From Lachnospira sp. (GTDB lineage Bacteria > Bacillota > Clostridia > Lachnospirales > Lachnospiraceae): DNA of 38,471 bases. The translations under genes were made by a program, and so were the position numbers. Location of the stretch: the NCBI GenBank assembly GCA_017397445.1, contig JAFQIQ010000187.1, positions 1 through 38,471 on the forward strand, read 5' to 3'. Below are positions 27,517-36,419 of this stretch, piece after piece. Positions within the stretch are counted from its first letter, which is position 1, and each line of letters begins with the position of its first letter. The notes below the pieces were generated by a model. It ran no database searches and had not been told where the DNA came from. It worked only from the letters and a program-made list of their open reading frames with translations.

Positions 27517-28746
27517 TTAACCGAGTAGATGCTTTATTGGAAGATAGCAAGGCAATCCGTTCTCATAAGAGATGCAAAGCTCACCCTGTATTAATGGTCT
27601 TAAGTAATCAATCATATCTTCTGTGACATCATTACCCTGCTCATTAATGAATGAGCGAGGCACTTCTTTCGCCTTGTTGGCGATGTCGCAAACAGGAGAG
27701 CTACTGTATTCAATAGTGTAAGGGTTATTGCTTGTGCGGTTCATAGTCAGCATAACTGATGTTTGTCCGGCAGCAGCAAGTCCCACGGCAGTTTCTCCGA
27801 GTTTGAAGGACTCTTCCAAATCAGTTTTAGAGGCGATGTGTGCTGCACAGCGCTGCAACACATTTAACTCAACGGAACGCACCTTCACGTCTAACTTTTC
27901 CTTTAAGAAATATTCAAGTGTCTTTCCTGCACCTGAGAGCTGGCTGTGGCCAAATGTATCTACTGCAGTAGAGGATGCACTTATATATTTACCGTCTTTA
28001 TCACGAATTCCTTCGGATACTGCAACGATTATATTATCCTGCTTTGTAAGTAAATCTTTTACATCAGCCAGGAACTGCGTAAGGTCAAATGCATATTCCG
28101 GAAGGTAGATAAGATGCGGAGCAGCATTGTATTCATTACGTGCTAAAGCTGAAGCTGCTGTGAGCCATCCGGCATCACGTCCCATAACTTCTACAATTGT
28201 GACACTCTTTATCTTGTATATGTAAGTATCGTGTGCAATCTCTAAGAAAGTTGAAGCCACATACTTGGCAGCAGAACCGAACCCCGGAGTGTGGTCTGTA
28301 AGGCAAAGGTCATTGTCAATTGTCTTTGGAATACCGATAATTCTTACAGGACTGCCGATTTGTTCGGCATACGCTGAAAGTTTATCTACAGTATCCATAG
28401 AGTCATTACCGCCTATATAGAAAAATGCTGCGATTTCTTTCTCTTCAAAGAATCGGAAAATGTTTTCGTAAACTGCCGGGTCTGCATCAGCAGTTGGAAG
28501 TTTATAACGGCATGAGCCCAGATACATAGCAGGTGTAGTTATTAATCGGTCTAACATAGGCTTGCCCTCTGCAAATATTTCAGAGAGGTTTAGCGTGCGG
28601 TTGTTAAGAATACCTGTAATTCCGTTCAGTGAGCCATATACAATATCATACTCACTTGAGTTCATAACACCGGAAATAACTCCTGCAAGACTTGCGTTAA
28701 TAGCAACAGTAGGGCCGCCTGACTGTGCAACAATACAATTTTTCAT
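27517..28746 (-). CDS. 6-phosphofructokinase (likely PPi-dependent type)
   Basis: AQSGGPTVAINAS, IGGNDS, IPKTIDNDL, EVMGR; start ATG 28746. The GGND and PKTIDND pattern suggests PPi use. Confidence 0.92.
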   Translation of the reverse strand: MKNCIVAQSGGPTVAINASLAGVISGVMNSSEYDIVYGSLNGITGILNNRTLNLSEIFAEGKPMLDRLITTPAMYLGSCRYKLPTADADPAVYENIFRFFEEKEIAAFFYIGGNDSMDTVDKLSAYAEQIGSPVRIIGIPKTIDNDLCLTDHTPGFGSAAKYVASTFLEIAHDTYIYKIKSVTIVEVMGRDAGWLTAASALARNEYNAAPHLIYLPEYAFDLTQFLADVKDLLTKQDNIIVAVSEGIRDKDGKYISASSTAVDTFGHSQLSGAGKTLEYFLKEKLDVKVRSVELNVLQRCAAHIASKTDLEESFKLGETAVGLAAAGQTSVMLTMNRTSNNPYTIEYSSSPVCDIANKAKEVPRSFINEQGNDVTEDMIDYLRPLIQGELCISYENGLPCYLPIKHLLG

Positions 28747-28899
28747 AATTCGAAATCTCCTTCGTGTATTTGTACAATGCATTATATCATATCCTTGGCT
28801 TGTAAAAAAGAGAGAATATGCTTTGTTTGCATTTTGTAAACACTTGTTGTATAGTATAATTATTACAATTTTTGCAGTGCAATTGGGAGGGAAAATATT

Positions 28900-29238
28900 A
28901 TGGCAGATGTTATTAAGATGCGTTGTGTGAATAAAAGCAAGGAGCTTTCTGTGCTTGCGGATGAGTTAAAAGAGGCGTTAGTTTCGGAGCTGGTGTGCGA
29001 TGAACGAAGATTGAATGACTATATGATTATGCTGTGCTTTGAGGAGTTTTATTTTCGTTGTAGCAGTTATGTAGGTTTGTCTATTGTGCTTACAGAGGAT
29101 TCAGACAGTCAGGATGTTATTATTGCAGGATTTGGCGGTGGAGACGGACTGCTTAATATTAGCTGGGGAGCCAACAAATCATTTGCAAAAAGGGCTGCTA
29201 AAGAGTTAAAAAAGAGTGGATTTGAGGAAGTTGAATAA
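28900..29238 (+). CDS. Small conserved protein, DUF6054-like
   Basis: FEEFYFRCSSYVGLSIVL, GFGGGDGLLNISWGA; RBS GGAGGG. Confidence 0.65.
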   Translation: MADVIKMRCVNKSKELSVLADELKEALVSELVCDERRLNDYMIMLCFEEFYFRCSSYVGLSIVLTEDSDSQDVIIAGFGGGDGLLNISWGANKSFAKRAAKELKKSGFEEVE

Positions 29239-29256
29239 TAATTGGTGAGGTACTAC

Positions 29257-30471
29257 ATGAAAAAACATCAGATTACAGCAATATTATTTATATTAATTAC
29301 TGCTTGTGTTGTGTGTGCATGTGCAACACAGACAGGGAATCAGGACATATCAACAGAATCGCACAGTTCAGTAGAGGCTCAAGGGGAGTTGGTTGATGCA
29401 GAATCAACTAAAGCTGATAAGACCGAGCCGGAAACCATAGAAGCTGAATCAACTAAAGCCGAAAATACGGAAAAGGAAACGGAAACGGTGAAAGTAGAGC
29501 CGACTAAACCGAGTGCCACGGAGCCGGAATCGATAAAGCAGGAAGTTGCGGTGCCGGATTTTACAGTGCCGGAAGGTTATGAGAGCTATGTGTTGACATT
29601 TGCGGGAGACTGTACCTTAGGAACTATGCCATCATGGATGTCGTACCAGTATTGTTTCAACAAAGTTATTGGGAATAATTATAATTATCCGTTTCAGAAT
29701 GTAAGAAAGTTTTTTGTGGCAGATGACTGCACATTTATTAATCTGGAGAGTGTTCTTGCGGAGTCAGGTACTCCTGAGAATAAGCAGTTTACTTTCAGGG
29801 GGCCGGTCAGCTATGTAAATATTATGACGGGGAGCTCGGTGGAGTTTGCAAATCTTGCCAATAATCATACATATGATTTCGGGCAGGCCGGATATACTTC
29901 TACTAAGCAGACCTTGGAGAGTAATAATGTGGCTTATGTTGAGACTAATTCGTCAACGCTGTATACCACAAAGAGCGGATTGAAGATTGGGGTTTATGGA
30001 GTGTATTTTTCGCTTGATAAGAATGATATGGTTGCGGATGTAACAGCTTTAAAAAATGCCGGCGCAGATGTAATTGTTGCAGCGGCTCACTGGGGAATTG
30101 AACTTGAGAAGGTTCAGAATAGCACCCAGAGCAGTATTGCGCATCAGTTAATTGATGCGGGAGTTGATATTGTGTGGGGACATCATCCGCACATATTGCA
30201 ACCGATTGAGAAATATAATGGCGGTATTACATATTATAGTCTTGGCAATTTTTCTTTCGGGGGTAATCATAACCCAAGCGATAAAGACACTGCAGTTATA
30301 CAACAGCAGGTGTTAAGGGATGCAGAGGGCAAGGTTATGTTGGGAGAACTCAAAGTAATACCATGTTCTATAAGTACGTTAACTGACAGAAATGATTTTA
30401 GGCCGACACCATATGCGGTGGGCAGTGAAGCATATAATAGGGTGTTTAAAAAGTTAAAGTGCACTCAGTAA
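29257..30471 (+). CDS. CapA (PGA_cap) family metallophosphoesterase-like lipoprotein
   Basis: Signal/lipobox-like N-terminus, FAGD, INLE, LANNHTYDFG, HWG, GHHPH, YSLGNF. Confidence 0.9.
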   Translation: MKKHQITAILFILITACVVCACATQTGNQDISTESHSSVEAQGELVDAESTKADKTEPETIEAESTKAENTEKETETVKVEPTKPSATEPESIKQEVAVPDFTVPEGYESYVLTFAGDCTLGTMPSWMSYQYCFNKVIGNNYNYPFQNVRKFFVADDCTFINLESVLAESGTPENKQFTFRGPVSYVNIMTGSSVEFANLANNHTYDFGQAGYTSTKQTLESNNVAYVETNSSTLYTTKSGLKIGVYGVYFSLDKNDMVADVTALKNAGADVIVAAAHWGIELEKVQNSTQSSIAHQLIDAGVDIVWGHHPHILQPIEKYNGGITYYSLGNFSFGGNHNPSDKDTAVIQQQVLRDAEGKVMLGELKVIPCSISTLTDRNDFRPTPYAVGSEAYNRVFKKLKCTQ

Positions 30472-30551
30472 GTCAAAATGAAAAAAATTAACTGTTTCTT
30501 AGTCTTTTTTGTGTTATAATCCGAAAGCGTATTATAATTTGTAGGAAAGGA

Positions 30552-32096
30552 GTGCGTGGATTGTTTATTAATCACTCGAAATTTCAGGAAAAGTTTACAG
30601 AAACAATAAAAGCAGTTTTCCCAATCTTAGCGATTGTATTGGTGTTATGTTTTACTATTACGCCAATTCCGCCCAGTATACTTGTGACATTTCTCATTGG
30701 TGCGGTATTGCTTATATTGGGAATGCTGCTTTTTAACGTGGGCGTGGAAAGTTCTATGACACCGATTGGTGAGCGTGTGGGCGCGATTATGACACGTTCA
30801 AAAAATGTTTTGATAATGGTACTTATAAGTTTTGTTATGGGTATGGTTATTACTATATCCGAGCCGGATTTACAGGTGCTTGCACAGCAGGTTCCTTCAA
30901 TTCCGAATATGACGCTGATTCTTGCGGTAGCCATAGGTGTGGGAGTGTTCCTTGTTATTGCAATTCTTCGTATGCTTTTTGGAATTCCGCTTTCATATCT
31001 GTTGTTGGCATTCTATGGTATTATTTTTGTGCTTGCAGTTTTTGTGCCGGCTGACTTTTTAGCAATCGCATTTGACTCAGGCGGTGTTACCACAGGACCT
31101 ATGACAGTGCCATTTATTATGTCATTTGGTGTGGGTATTGCTGCTATTCGAAGCGACAGACATGCACAGGACGATTCGTTTGGTCTTGTTGCACTTTGTT
31201 CTATTGGACCTATTTTAGCGGTTCTGATATTGGGTATGATATTTACACCTGAGTCAACAGAGGCAGTGTCGGAAGCTGTTCCAATAATAGATAACACCGT
31301 TGATATTGGAAAATTGTTTGCGGTGGAGTTTCCGCATTACATAAAGGAAATGGCTGTTTCGGTATTTCCAATTGTTTTCTTCTTTGGAATATTTGAATTG
31401 GTTTCCAGAGATATTAACAAGCATACATTGATTAAGATTAGTGTAGGTTTGGTGGAGACGTATCTTGGTCTGGTGCTTTTCCTTACGGGAGTTAATGTAG
31501 GTTTTATGCCTGCGGGTAATTACCTGGGGCAGACAATTGCCAAGCTTCCGTATGCATGGATTATTGTTCCGCTTGGTATGCTGATTGGTTACTTTATTGT
31601 TAAAGCAGAGCCGGCTGTTTATGTGCTTACAAAGCAGGTTGAGGAGATTACTTCCGGAGCTATTTCATCTAAGGCTATGGGGTTATCCCTTTCTTTAGGT
31701 GTGGCAGCGTCAGTTGGACTTGCGATGATTCGAGTTTTGACAGGTATATCTATTTTGTACTTTGTTGTACCGGGATATTTCATAGCGTTAGTTCTTACAT
31801 TTTTTGTGCCAAAGTTATTTACTGCCATAGCATTTGACTCCGGTGGAGTTGCATCAGGCCCTATGACTGCAACCTTCCTTCTTCCATTTGCAATGGGAGC
31901 CTGTGAAGCGCTTGGGGGCAATATTATTACAGATGCCTTCGGTATTGTATCAATGGTTGCGATGACTCCGTTGATTACTATTCAGACAATGGGACTCATA
32001 TTCCGTATCAAAGAAAGTAAGCTTAAGAAGGATGTTGCTCAGGTGGTTCCGGAGTTTATCCTTACGCCAGAAGATATGGAAATTATTGAGTTGTAA
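30552..32096 (+). CDS. Tandem DUF1538 membrane protein
   Basis: Two repeats of EP...AFDSGGV(TT/AS)GPMT; RBS AGGAAAGGA before GTG. Confidence 0.88.
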   Translation: MRGLFINHSKFQEKFTETIKAVFPILAIVLVLCFTITPIPPSILVTFLIGAVLLILGMLLFNVGVESSMTPIGERVGAIMTRSKNVLIMVLISFVMGMVITISEPDLQVLAQQVPSIPNMTLILAVAIGVGVFLVIAILRMLFGIPLSYLLLAFYGIIFVLAVFVPADFLAIAFDSGGVTTGPMTVPFIMSFGVGIAAIRSDRHAQDDSFGLVALCSIGPILAVLILGMIFTPESTEAVSEAVPIIDNTVDIGKLFAVEFPHYIKEMAVSVFPIVFFFGIFELVSRDINKHTLIKISVGLVETYLGLVLFLTGVNVGFMPAGNYLGQTIAKLPYAWIIVPLGMLIGYFIVKAEPAVYVLTKQVEEITSGAISSKAMGLSLSLGVAASVGLAMIRVLTGISILYFVVPGYFIALVLTFFVPKLFTAIAFDSGGVASGPMTATFLLPFAMGACEALGGNIITDAFGIVSMVAMTPLITIQTMGLIFRIKESKLKKDVAQVVPEFILTPEDMEIIEL

Positions 32097-32117
32097 TTGT
32101 CCGGGAATGAGGTTAGT

Positions 32118-32795
32118 ATGGGAAATGTGTATTTAATGACCACGATTGTGGATAGAAAAATTGTTGAGAAATATTTATCGCTTTATCGCGAGAATGACTT
32201 GCATGTTATGTACATAACACTCGGGTGCGGTACTGCAACTAATGAGGTTATGGATTATCTGGGACTTGATTCAGTGGAAAAGGCTGTTGCAATGTCTGTT
32301 GTAGAGGAAGAAACCTGGGGGGCTGTAAAGAAGCAATTACAGAAAAAGCTTAAGATTGACGCGCCGGGCGGTGGAATTGCATTTACTATTCCATTAAGCA
32401 GTGTTGGCGGTCGTAAGGCGTTGGAGTTTCTTATAGAAAAATCAGATTATCAGAAACAGGAGGAATCAACCATGAAAAATACAGATTACGAACTTATTGT
32501 TGTAATTGCACAGCAGGGTTATACTGACGTTATTATGGATGCAGCAAGAGGAGCCGGTGCATATGGTGGAACTATTATTCACGCAAAAGGTACAGGTGCA
32601 GAAGTTGCTGAGAAGTTCATGGGAGTTACCCTTGCGGCAGAGAAGGAAATTGTTTATATCGTTTCTAAGTCTGCTCAGAAGAATGATATAATGAAAGCGA
32701 TTATGGAAAAAGCAGGTCTTAATTCAAAGGCAAAGGCCATCTGCTTCTCACTTCCGGTAAGTGATACGGCAGGTTTAAGACTTATTGAGGATTAA
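32118..32795 (+). CDS. Tandem P-II-like (GlnB fold) protein, partner of DUF1538
   Basis: G.GTA..E, GGGIAFTIP in domain 1; AARGAGAYGGTIIHAKGTG, ICFSLPV in domain 2. Confidence 0.85.
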   Translation: MGNVYLMTTIVDRKIVEKYLSLYRENDLHVMYITLGCGTATNEVMDYLGLDSVEKAVAMSVVEEETWGAVKKQLQKKLKIDAPGGGIAFTIPLSSVGGRKALEFLIEKSDYQKQEESTMKNTDYELIVVIAQQGYTDVIMDAARGAGAYGGTIIHAKGTGAEVAEKFMGVTLAAEKEIVYIVSKSAQKNDIMKAIMEKAGLNSKAKAICFSLPVSDTAGLRLIED

Positions 32796-32807
32796 TAATA
32801 TTTAGGT

Positions 32808-32852
32808 ATCAAGAGTTTCTGTTGAAAAAGCAGGAACTCTTGATTTTTATTT
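32808..32852 (+). terminator. Intrinsic terminator
   Basis: ATCAAGAGTTTCTG...CAGGAACTCTTGAT followed by TTTTATTT. Confidence 0.75.
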
Positions 32853-32879
32853 GCAACATTTTGCAAAAAATGTTATAAT
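32851..32879 (+). promoter_or_regulatory. Sigma70 promoter with extended -10
   Basis: TTGCAA-17 bp-TATAAT with TG at the extended position. Confidence 0.7.
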
Positions 32880-32949
32880 AACTTCAGATGATTAAGGGCG
32901 TAAAACAGTTGGTTATAAGGTGATGTAATCGCTGGGAATGGAGGTATTT

Positions 32950-34434
32950 ATGAAGAAAGGATTATCGCTATTATTAGCATTAATACTTGTATTTACGAGT
33001 GTTAACATGGGAGCGTTTACTGTCGTTGCACAGGAGAAAGCAGTTTACGGGGAACAAAATAACGTAGTGTATGTCGAGCCTGACGAATTGATGTCTGAGG
33101 TACCGGATGTATGTAGCGGAACGGCGGACTATGAAGGAGCTACAGAGGCTATATTAACAGCATTTAAGAATTGGGAGACTACAATTAATCTGTTGACTTA
33201 CGGAATATCTGTAAGTGAAGCGAAAGATTTTTACAGAGGGATTCTTCAACAGAATCCACATTTGTTTTATGTGCAGAATGGATATGGGTATAGTTATTCA
33301 GGAAGCAAGATATATTCCATAACACCTGTATATAATACCGCATATACAGAGGCTGATGTTATAGAATACGAGGCGAAGGTACAAGCAATTCTTAAAACGA
33401 TTCCTTCCGGATTAAGTGATTACGAGAAGGCTTTGGCTCTGCATGATTATATAGTGACTCATTGTGAGTATGACGGAACATATTCTAATTATGATGCTTA
33501 TAACGTGCTTGTGGAAGGTGTTGCGGTTTGTCAGGGCTATACGCTGGCTTATGCAGATCTTTTGAACAGAGTAGGTATAGAGAATAAGTATGTATTGAGT
33601 GATGCTATGAATCATGCATGGAATCTGGTAAAGATTGACGGTGAATGGTATCATGTGGATGCAACTTGGGATGATCCGTATAGTTCAAAGTCTCCAAGAC
33701 TTGGGTATGTAGGGCATAATAATTTTTTACGGAGTGATACGGGGATTGTTAATGCGAGTACGAAAACACATCATGATTGGGTAGTGTCAGAGACCAGTAC
33801 ATCTACAAAGTATGATTCGTATTTTTGGAGTGGCATAACAAGTGCTATTATTTATACGGATGCGAATACCTGTTACTATATGAAGAAGGGCAATCTGTAT
33901 AAAAGAGTTGATGATACAGAGACGCTTGTTTCATCCAGTGCTGCAGATAAGTGGTATGTATGGGGAAGTACTTCTTCGTATTATTCAGGACAAAGTTATC
34001 TTGCAATGAATAATAATATTCTGTATTATAACAGCTCGAATAAAGTGTATGCATATGACGTAAGAACAGGAACTGAAACCGTACATTATGTATATCAAAG
34101 AGGTAATGGTTATATTTACGGACTTGCGGAGTCAACGGAAATGGATGTTATATATGCGGAGATTAAGACTGATCCTAATGAGGGAACTGTCGAAATAATA
34201 CAGATAACCCCTATGACTCCGGTAGTGCCGGCGTTCCAGTATGGTGACTGTAACAGAGATGGCAGTATCGGTATTGCAGATGCAGTAATTATGAAGCAAC
34301 ATATTGCAGGAATGAATGTAGTTATTGATGCAGAAGCAGCAGATGTTAATGCTGACAATGTGGTGGATATTAAGGATGCTGTAAAGCTCGCGAAGAAGCT
34401 TGCAGGAATGGATGTAGAGTTGGGAGCAGCATAA
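32950..34434 (+). CDS. Secreted transglutaminase-like cysteine hydrolase with C-terminal dockerin
   Basis: Signal peptide MKKGLSLLLAL; triad AVCQGY/NHAWN/HVDATW; GDCNRDGSIGIADAV and ADVNADNVVDIKDAV dockerin repeats. Confidence 0.88.
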   Translation: MKKGLSLLLALILVFTSVNMGAFTVVAQEKAVYGEQNNVVYVEPDELMSEVPDVCSGTADYEGATEAILTAFKNWETTINLLTYGISVSEAKDFYRGILQQNPHLFYVQNGYGYSYSGSKIYSITPVYNTAYTEADVIEYEAKVQAILKTIPSGLSDYEKALALHDYIVTHCEYDGTYSNYDAYNVLVEGVAVCQGYTLAYADLLNRVGIENKYVLSDAMNHAWNLVKIDGEWYHVDATWDDPYSSKSPRLGYVGHNNFLRSDTGIVNASTKTHHDWVVSETSTSTKYDSYFWSGITSAIIYTDANTCYYMKKGNLYKRVDDTETLVSSSAADKWYVWGSTSSYYSGQSYLAMNNNILYYNSSNKVYAYDVRTGTETVHYVYQRGNGYIYGLAESTEMDVIYAEIKTDPNEGTVEIIQITPMTPVVPAFQYGDCNRDGSIGIADAVIMKQHIAGMNVVIDAEAADVNADNVVDIKDAVKLAKKLAGMDVELGAA

Positions 34435-34445
34435 TATATTGAAAT

Positions 34446-34481
34446 AGCACTTTTGGCTGTAAAAGCTGAAAGTGCTTTTTT
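34446..34481 (+). terminator. Intrinsic terminator
   Basis: AGCACTTTTGGCT-GTAAA-AGCTGAAAGTGCT followed by a T run. Confidence 0.8.
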
Positions 34482-34491
34482 GTGCCTTTTG

Positions 34492-34500
34492 TGTTATAAT
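34492..34500 (+). promoter_or_regulatory. Extended -10 promoter of the ATP-grasp operon
   Basis: TGTTATAAT 36 bp before the ATG; RBS AAAGGAG. Confidence 0.55.
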
Positions 34501-34536
34501 AAATGCATTACAGTTTAGCAACCAAAGGAGCTGTTT

Positions 34537-35751
34537 ATGAAATTAATCCCTATTCCTGAAGATAAGTACGATGAATACAGAATTACGCTTATGTTTGACT
34601 GCTATAAGTGGGATCCTCAGTTTTTGGACAATAATACAATTGCAAAATATGCGTTAGTGATTACAAAGGAAGAACATAAGGAGTTAGAAAGACTGACGGA
34701 ACATTTAGATAAGGAAACTCAAGAGGCGGAAGTTTTTTTGAATAAGAATCCTAAATTAGCGATTCCTCTGGCATTAACCAAAAAAGTAAGCAATGAGTTA
34801 AAGCGAATGAACAATTATGATTCGGATAAGCATATCAGGCTTATGAGGTACGATTTTCATCCTACGGTGGAAGGGAAATGGGCTGTGAGCGAGGTTAACA
34901 GTGACGTGCCGGGTGGTTTTGCAGAGGGGTCCCTGATGCCAAAGGAAGCAAAGGCGTTGTTAGGTGAAAGTAAGTACTGGTATCGGTGTTTTGGAGATAT
35001 TTTAGTTAATGCGATTAAAAAGAAAGTGATAAAAAGCGGCAGAATTATGTTGGTGCATTGTACATCGTACAGTGATGACAGGCAGGTTATGCAATTCTTA
35101 GGGGACAGGTTGAAGCAGGAAGGATTCAGAATTATTTATGGAGCTGCGGATCATTTGCGATTTAAGGATAACAAGGCATTTTGCATTCTTGATGATAATG
35201 AAGGCGAGGTTAATGCAATAATAAGATTCACACCACTGGAGTGGCTTGTTGATATTAAACCTAAGAAATGGCAGGGATATTTTGATACCAATACTGTTTC
35301 ATGTAATCATCCTATTGCGATATATGCTCAGACAAAGCGATTTCCGCTTGTGTGGGATGTTCTTGAGAAAAATGGAATTAATATGTCCACATGGAGAGAG
35401 CTGCTTCCGGAGACATTAGAAGTTAAGGATGCAAAGGGAAAAGAAGGATATATATATAAGCCGGCATACGGAAGAGTCGGCGAAAAAATATCCATAAAAG
35501 AGGCATGCAAAGAGGATGAGTACAAGCAAATAATGTCTGAAGTTAAAAGGCACCCTAAAAAGTATCTGGCCCAGAAAAAGTTTATAAGTAAGCCTTTGGT
35601 AGGAACGGATGGGGAGAAGTTTCACGTTTGTCTGGGTTCTTATGCAGTAGATGGAGTGCATGCCGGTTATTATGCCAGAATAAGCAGGTCGCCACGAATT
35701 GATTCTAATGCGGCTGATATACCGGTTTTAATCGAAGGAGAAGAGGAGTAA
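34537..35751 (+). CDS. Glutathionylspermidine synthetase-like (circularly permuted ATP-grasp) ligase, no amidase domain
   Basis: RYDFH, SEVNSDVPGG (RxD and ExN metal ligands), QTKR, YKPAYGRVGE, LAQK, YAR. Confidence 0.8.
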   Translation: MKLIPIPEDKYDEYRITLMFDCYKWDPQFLDNNTIAKYALVITKEEHKELERLTEHLDKETQEAEVFLNKNPKLAIPLALTKKVSNELKRMNNYDSDKHIRLMRYDFHPTVEGKWAVSEVNSDVPGGFAEGSLMPKEAKALLGESKYWYRCFGDILVNAIKKKVIKSGRIMLVHCTSYSDDRQVMQFLGDRLKQEGFRIIYGAADHLRFKDNKAFCILDDNEGEVNAIIRFTPLEWLVDIKPKKWQGYFDTNTVSCNHPIAIYAQTKRFPLVWDVLEKNGINMSTWRELLPETLEVKDAKGKEGYIYKPAYGRVGEKISIKEACKEDEYKQIMSEVKRHPKKYLAQKKFISKPLVGTDGEKFHVCLGSYAVDGVHAGYYARISRSPRIDSNAADIPVLIEGEEE

Positions 35752-35752
35752 C

Positions 35753-36406
35753 ATGGCAGGTAAGGAAGCATATAAGATATGGGCACCGGCTGGAAAAAAG
35801 TGGGTGGACTGGGTTCGTCCGGTACCGTTTGTTGCTATAAATGAATATTCTAAAGGGTACACTCTATCGAGTGTGGCAGCGAATCGGGGCGTTTTTTTGG
35901 AGGCAACTTATGAAGATGCGGCAATTATAGTTGATTTGCCGGGAGAGCAAAGTGTTGCAGCAGGAATTGTTTTGGCAAAGTTGGGCTACAGACCCATACC
36001 AATATATAATGGAACGATTGAGCAGCAGGGAGCCAGAGCGACTGTTGATAATCAGTCAGTAGGAGTTGCATTATTGTTGGGAGCCGGGGAGCTTAAAAGC
36101 ATAAATTTAGACGATGATGCTATGCCGGCATTTTTGTTAGACAGCAATCGATTGCACAGATATAAGATGGATGCTTCTATATTTGATAACAGCTGGGACG
36201 TATATCCGCAGGATATGCCGTCGGCAGAATATATGCTGGATAATGGAGTTCACAGGGTTGTGGTTGTTAGCGAAGAATTTTCAAAGGATTTGAAGAAAAT
36301 TTTATATGTTTATCAGAAAAAGAATATAGAGATTTTTTTGACTGACGGATATGAAGTACCGAAGAAGATTACTATTCGCAAATTGTTTTGTAAAGACAAA
36401 GATTGA
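35753..36406 (+). CDS. Conserved-looking hypothetical protein
   Basis: 217 aa, RBS GAGGAG, 1 bp after the upstream stop; WAP..WVRPVPF, VDLPG, FLLDSNR, FDNSWDVYPQDMPS. Confidence 0.8.
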   Translation: MAGKEAYKIWAPAGKKWVDWVRPVPFVAINEYSKGYTLSSVAANRGVFLEATYEDAAIIVDLPGEQSVAAGIVLAKLGYRPIPIYNGTIEQQGARATVDNQSVGVALLLGAGELKSINLDDDAMPAFLLDSNRLHRYKMDASIFDNSWDVYPQDMPSAEYMLDNGVHRVVVVSEEFSKDLKKILYVYQKKNIEIFLTDGYEVPKKITIRKLFCKDKD

Positions 36407-36419
36407 AGAGGTAAAGAAT

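Noticed and set aside
29257-30471. Poly-gamma-glutamate capsule locus
   Set aside because: Only capA is present; capB/capC are absent, and stand-alone CapA proteins are common.
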